The notes under the pieces are model-generated. The model saw only the letters and a program-made list of their open reading frames with translations, did not search any database and was not told the origin of the DNA. From assembly GCA_964648855.1 (NCBI GenBank), contig CAZYLT010000009.1:1-32000 (forward strand): a stretch of DNA of 32,000 nt, given 5' to 3'. Shown piece after piece: positions 27,811 to 32,000 of this stretch. The position numbers and the translations under genes are program-made. The stretch is from an uncultured archaeon. Its GTDB lineage: Archaea; Asgardarchaeota; Thorarchaeia; Thorarchaeales; Thorarchaeaceae. Each line of letters opens with the position of its first letter. Position 1 is the first letter of the stretch.

Positions 27811-28401
27811 TTAGGTAGATTTCTCAGCCATCTCTGCAAAACGTAAGCAGCTCTCGGCATCGCGGTTTTCTCCCCGTTTTTTGTGCAAATCGGCTGCAAT
27901 TCTGTACGCTCTACCGACCTCTTCCCACTTAGCTTTTGCATCCATGCAGAGCGCGAGTGCTTTCCATGTTTCAGGGTCCTCGGAATCGATCTCAAGAGCC
28001 ATCTGAAACGCTTCAATAGCATCATCGATTCTCATCAGACTCTCAAGCGCGCGGGCTTTTTTCTTCCAAAGGTCTGCTTCATCATCAATGCGTTCTAAGC
28101 CTCGATTTGAAGCATTGAGCGCGTTTTCAAAATCACCCATAGTGAGATACGCTTCTGTCATGTTAACGTATCCCCTTGGGTCTTCTGGAGCCACCTCAAT
28201 AGCTCTTGAAAACAAATCTAATGCCTGCTCTTGTTCTCCATTGTGAATTCTGGCAAGTCCCATTTCATTTAGTGCAATAATAGACTCGGGAGAAATCTCT
28301 AACACCTTCTTGTAAACATCAATTGCCTTCTTAGTTTCTCCTTGTCGCCTCAGCAGCTGTGCATCCTGAAGCAGGGACTGAGTTTGCGAATCTTGAGTCA
28401 T
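27811..28401 (-). CDS. Tetratricopeptide repeat protein
   Basis: About five TPR-like repeats (e.g. AIDVYKKVLEISP, ALDLFSRAIEVAP, AIEAFQMALEIDS). Confidence 0.9.
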   Translation of the reverse strand: MTQDSQTQSLLQDAQLLRRQGETKKAIDVYKKVLEISPESIIALNEMGLARIHNGEQEQALDLFSRAIEVAPEDPRGYVNMTEAYLTMGDFENALNASNRGLERIDDEADLWKKKARALESLMRIDDAIEAFQMALEIDSEDPETWKALALCMDAKAKWEEVGRAYRIAADLHKKRGENRDAESCLRFAEMAEKST

Positions 28402-28529
28402 ATCAAAATCTCAGGAAGATTAGTAATAATGGTTCTTCAGCTGGCCTAGAAGGATATTCGTTAACCAATGACAAGAATTTTAACTTAGACCGCTGTGGAA
28501 AGCCCACTCGTCTGAGCGAGGAATTACAA

Positions 28530-29063
28530 ATGGATTACGATGAAGACCAACACGATGAAGATATTATCGAAGCTGAATTCGATGAATCTTTTCCTGATGA
28601 AGAAGACGAGCGTGACATGTCGCGGTACCAGGATTCACTCCGTCCGGAATTAGCAGGCGATCTTGGAGATTTCTTGGCTGACCCTTGGCCTCGTGTTGTC
28701 TTCGTTCTCATACTGATTGGCTTTGGGTTTGTCTTTCTCCCGCCGTATTCCGTTTGGCAACAGTGGAATTATTACCTCATCATAAATTATGGACTCATTA
28801 TTATGGCGACTGCTGCAGCTGTATTGTCGCTGCGAATTTGGAAACAAACATCTTCACGTATCAGATATGGCGGTTTAACGAATCTTATTGTTGTAATTGT
28901 AGCAGCGGTAATCGGTACCTTGGATACTATCAGTTGGGTTCTTTTCTCCCAGTCCATAATCCCTGGAACTGCCACTCCTATCCTATCACTGGCAGCTGTG
29001 GTGATTTTGTTTTCTCTCTACAGCCTATGGATTATTCAGCGGAGCTTCCAGCAAAACAAGTAG
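28530..29063 (+). CDS. Membrane protein with four predicted TM helices and an acidic N-terminal tail
   Basis: Starts MDYDED at ATG 28530 and has four hydrophobic segments. Confidence 0.8.
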   Translation: MDYDEDQHDEDIIEAEFDESFPDEEDERDMSRYQDSLRPELAGDLGDFLADPWPRVVFVLILIGFGFVFLPPYSVWQQWNYYLIINYGLIIMATAAAVLSLRIWKQTSSRIRYGGLTNLIVVIVAAVIGTLDTISWVLFSQSIIPGTATPILSLAAVVILFSLYSLWIIQRSFQQNK

Positions 29064-29066
29064 AGC

Positions 29067-29447
29067 GTGCGGTTGTTGGTGGATGAAGAACCATCCCTCA
29101 AAGAATTGACAGCTACTATTCGCAAATTCGTTAATGATAGAGAGTGGCAAGGCTTCCAAAAGCCCAGTGCTCTTGCTCAATCAATTGCCATCGAAACCGG
29201 AGAATTGCTTGAGCTATTCCAATGGCTAAGCGAAGATGAGATTAAGAAGCTACTCTCATCAGAGGAATATGTTGAGGCCTTATCAGATGAAATTGCGGAC
29301 ATTCTAATCTATGCTCTGAGACTCGCAGATGTCACAGGAATAAATCCCTCAAAGTCCATCATGGACAAAATGAGAAAGAACGAGCAGAAATACCCTCAGG
29401 AAGACTGGGCTGGACGTATTCCGGATAAAATCACGAAGGGCGAGTAA
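29067..29447 (+). CDS. MazG-like nucleotide pyrophosphohydrolase (dCTP pyrophosphatase type)
   Basis: Motifs ETGELLELFQW, DEIADILIY and KNEQKYP. Confidence 0.9.
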   Translation: MRLLVDEEPSLKELTATIRKFVNDREWQGFQKPSALAQSIAIETGELLELFQWLSEDEIKKLLSSEEYVEALSDEIADILIYALRLADVTGINPSKSIMDKMRKNEQKYPQEDWAGRIPDKITKGE

Positions 29448-30243
29448 GCCTACCGTATATCTCTGGTTTCCGGTCAGCCAGCACATCATTTCGTGGTGTC
29501 AGCTTCTTATCATCAGCGTCTCTTGGATTGATATCGAGAATCCCTAATTCCGGTGCCCCATCATTAAGTGATAGAAGCACCTGTCCTTTCGGTGATGTAA
29601 TTTGTGACTTTCCACTGAATTCTAGTTTTCTCTCAGTCCCGGTACGGTTGCAGGTGGCGGTAAACAAATGATTCTCAAGTGAACGGATTTTCATCGCATC
29701 GAAGCAGTACGGCAAGACCAGATTTGATGGATGCAGAATGACTTGTGCACCCTTTAACGCGAGAATCCTTGCCATTTCAGGAAAAGCCCAATCCCAGCAA
29801 ACCATAACTCCAAAGCAGGCATCCTTGAATTGGAAGGTGGGGGGCTCTGCTGTCCCTGGGGCAAACCATAGTTTTTCTTTATTGAAAAGATGGACCTTTC
29901 GATAAGTCAGTATATGGGACCCATCAGCAAAGACAACTGCAGAATTATAGATTCCATTACTATCCTTTTCACAGAGCCCAGAAGTGATCATTCCACCTTT
30001 GCTGGACCATTCTCTAAACAATCGAGAGAATTTTCCCTCATCAACTCTTTCAGCGGATTGGAGAGCTTCTTTCTTGGAATCAAAAGCATATCCGGAATTA
30101 GTTAGTTCAGGAAGAACAAGAACTTCCACATCATTTTTTCTTGCTTGGTCTAAGATCTTCCTTGTCTTTTGCAGATTCTCGTCAATTTCGCCAATTCTAG
30201 GTTCTATCTGACCTAAACCAATTCTCATAGTTCTCAGCTCCAT
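29431..30243 (-). CDS. Nitrilase/carbon-nitrogen hydrolase family protein
   Basis: E-K-C triad in LPEL, YRKVHL and VCWDWAFPE. Confidence 0.93.
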   Translation of the reverse strand: MELRTMRIGLGQIEPRIGEIDENLQKTRKILDQARKNDVEVLVLPELTNSGYAFDSKKEALQSAERVDEGKFSRLFREWSSKGGMITSGLCEKDSNGIYNSAVVFADGSHILTYRKVHLFNKEKLWFAPGTAEPPTFQFKDACFGVMVCWDWAFPEMARILALKGAQVILHPSNLVLPYCFDAMKIRSLENHLFTATCNRTGTERKLEFSGKSQITSPKGQVLLSLNDGAPELGILDINPRDADDKKLTPRNDVLADRKPEIYGRLTRPS

Positions 30244-30334
30244 ATCTCAATCAGTCCTCAATCTACTCCACATAATTTGTGTTTTCATTGAGCAGATATC
30301 CAATTAGCGTCAATGAACTGAAGCGATTGTGTTC

Positions 30335-31141
30335 CTATGAGGCTATTATGCGCTTCGTCCTTAACATCAAGTTATAGGTTCGTTTTAGTTCTCTTCTCAG
30401 GTCAACGTCCCATACTAAACGAACCACTTCATATTTTGACCTGAGATTCCTGTAGATAGTAGAAAGCTCAGAGTAGCGCTCCTTCAGTCTCTTGGGGTTC
30501 CTTTCTCCCTTCATTGCTGCTTCTTTGAGGGTTCGTATTTTTGCTTCTAGTGATCCAATCTCAGATTTCGACATTTTCTCTAGGGATGCATAGAGCAATT
30601 CGTTGCTGGCCTGATTCACTAGTTGAAGCCGTGTCCATCTGATTACAGTACTGCCTATCTCTTCTAACACGACAGAAAACTCTTTGGATCCTAGGACTGA
30701 ACGTTCCTTATTCTTTTTCAGATATCGCTCTCTATCCTTACTTCGCAGATGCGGGAACAAGAGAACGCCAGGCCTAAGCCTGATGCAAGGGGCACGATGT
30801 ATGATTCTCTGGACTCTCTTCTTTTGCCCAGCTGTTGGTGCTGCAAACTGATACCAGACAATCGCGAAGACCTTCTTAGCCCGAACTTCTGGGTCTCTTG
30901 ATCTGACAGGAGGAATATCTCGTACTCTGCGGAACCTGAAGTGTGAGATCTCTGCGAGTAGATGCTTGATATGCGGGGTTCCCTGTGAAATCAGGTAGAT
31001 TCCATTTCCTACCCTGGATATCTCTTCCTCTTCCAGTAGCTTGGGATTGATCTTATGTCTCTTGGGAAGGATGACCAATCTTGCATCCGCAGAGATCTCG
31101 GGCTTGACATCAGTACCTTCCCGTCGCTTTGCGTTACTTAT
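30335..31141 (-). CDS. Basic hypothetical protein with a possible ChrB_N/PaaX-middle (Cas2-like) domain and a C-terminal coiled coil
   Basis: ORF of 247 aa from TTG 31078, open upstream to an ATA at 31141 that is preceded by GGAGGTG. The segment AIVWYQFAAP...KKRVQRIIHRAPCIRLRPGVLLFP resembles ChrB_N. Confidence 0.65.
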   Translation of the reverse strand: MSNAKRREGTDVKPEISADARLVILPKRHKINPKLLEEEEISRVGNGIYLISQGTPHIKHLLAEISHFRFRRVRDIPPVRSRDPEVRAKKVFAIVWYQFAAPTAGQKKRVQRIIHRAPCIRLRPGVLLFPHLRSKDRERYLKKNKERSVLGSKEFSVVLEEIGSTVIRWTRLQLVNQASNELLYASLEKMSKSEIGSLEAKIRTLKEAAMKGERNPKRLKERYSELSTIYRNLRSKYEVVRLVWDVDLRRELKRTYNLMLRTKRIIAS

Positions 31142-31433
31142 CGGTCACACCTCCGCTATCTCTAACAATGACCCGCTTTCATACGAAGCCGTTTTAACAA
31201 TTGCTCGTGAGAGTGCCTGAGTGACATTTAATAATTATCCTCATTTTGTTGATAGGCGCCTGATGAGGATTATGAGTGTCTATTTTTGATTGATAAGGCG
31301 TGATTATTTTACTAGTCGCAAATTATGTTCTATTTGTGGTCTAATCCTGAATAACTTGCCCCATCATGCCATTGGCTTGGCTACTTCATACTTAGATGGA
31401 AAAACCGAAGGGACGCTTTGAGGTGAAAAAATC

Positions 31434-31532
31434 ATGGTCTTTGACGAAGAATGGGATGACGATGAAGATACTGACGACGATGAAGACTGGGATGATGATG
31501 AAGACTGGGACGATGACGACGACGATTGGTAA
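31434..31532 (+). CDS. 32-aa hyperacidic Trp-repeat peptide (not in the ORF track)
   Basis: Encodes MVFDEEWDDDEDTDDDEDWDDDEDWDDDDDDW. Shine-Dalgarno GAGGTGA at 31420-31426; the repeat units differ mostly at synonymous GAT/GAC positions. Confidence 0.75.
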   Translation: MVFDEEWDDDEDTDDDEDWDDDEDWDDDDDDW

Positions 31533-31588
31533 GTCGTATGACTCTCAGCCTGGGCATTATTCCAAAACATGAAAGTAAATTGGACGAT

Positions 31589-31629
31589 TGGCCCGAGTCT
31601 AAGACTTGGGCCAGGTCCTATTTGTTTTT
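31589..31629 (+). terminator. Stem-loop followed by a T-rich tract, between convergent genes
   Basis: TGGCCCGAGTC-TAA-GACTTGGGCCA at 31589-31613, followed by GGTCCTATTTGTTTTT. Confidence 0.55.
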
Positions 31630-31630
31630 G

Positions 31631-32000
31631 CTAAAACAATCCACCTTTCAGAGCAGTCTGACAGGAACACTCTGCTTCTTTTGGTATGTTCTCAATCATT
31701 GCAAAGGTAAGTTTCCGAACCCGCTCAATATTCCTTGACATGGTTTCGAGAACTTTCTCATGAGTTACATGTTCTTCGGCGTGGACGTCGTAGTCTGTAG
31801 GCATGGAGATATTTACGAAACAAATGCCTGCTTCACGAGCCAAGGGTGCTTCTGGATAGGCTGTCATCCCAATGACATCCCAACCTTGGTTGTGGAAAAA
31901 AATCGATTCTGCAGCAGTTGAGAATCTTGGACCATTTATGCATACGTATGTCCCGCCATCGTGAACCTTGAATCCCAAATCATCAGCTGTTCCTAGGGCA
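31631..32000 (-). CDS. mtnP: S-methyl-5'-thioadenosine phosphorylase (PNP/MTAP family), C-terminal part cut by the window edge
   Basis: Motifs GTYVCINGPRFSTAAE, VIGMT..PEA.LARE and TDYD. Confidence 0.9.
   Translation of the reverse strand, partial: ALGTADDLGFKVHDGGTYVCINGPRFSTAAESIFFHNQGWDVIGMTAYPEAPLAREAGICFVNISMPTDYDVHAEEHVTHEKVLETMSRNIERVRKLTFAMIENIPKEAECSCQTALKGGLF

Noticed and set aside
31364-31570. Poly-Ser minus-strand ORF
   Set aside because: It is the antisense of the Asp-rich peptide ORF, which has the ribosome-binding site.
1-32000. tRNA, rRNA, transposase or integrase genes
   Set aside because: None recognised by inspection.

Overview
Archaeal chromosomal window. The gene content, GGAGGTG/GAGGTGA Shine-Dalgarno sites and ATGA gene overlaps fit an Asgard/Thorarchaeota-like genome, but that taxonomy is inference only. 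(1) 26-8753, defence region: a CRISPR array of 11 x 37-bp repeats transcribed on the minus strand, its leader, cas6 and a Csa3-like CARF-HTH regulator. These are followed directly by a translationally coupled three-gene cassette (UPF1/DNA2-like SF1 helicase, unknown winged-helix-like protein, double-PLD protein) resembling Mokosh. No cas1/cas2/cas3/cas10/cas7 genes are in the window. (2) 8919-25311, DNA-repair supercluster: nurA-herA-mre11-rad50 (minus) divergent from uvrB-uvrA-uvrA-uvrC (plus). The Rad50 has no zinc hook and carries a predicted transmembrane hairpin at its coiled-coil apex, and there are two full-length uvrA paralogs in tandem. (3) 25457-32000, housekeeping-type genes: ferredoxin, secreted PLD, TPR protein, membrane protein, MazG-like protein, nitrilase-family hydrolase, a ChrB/PaaX-like protein and a partial MTAP. 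This block also holds an unannotated 32-aa hyperacidic Trp-repeat peptide with a strong ribosome-binding site.
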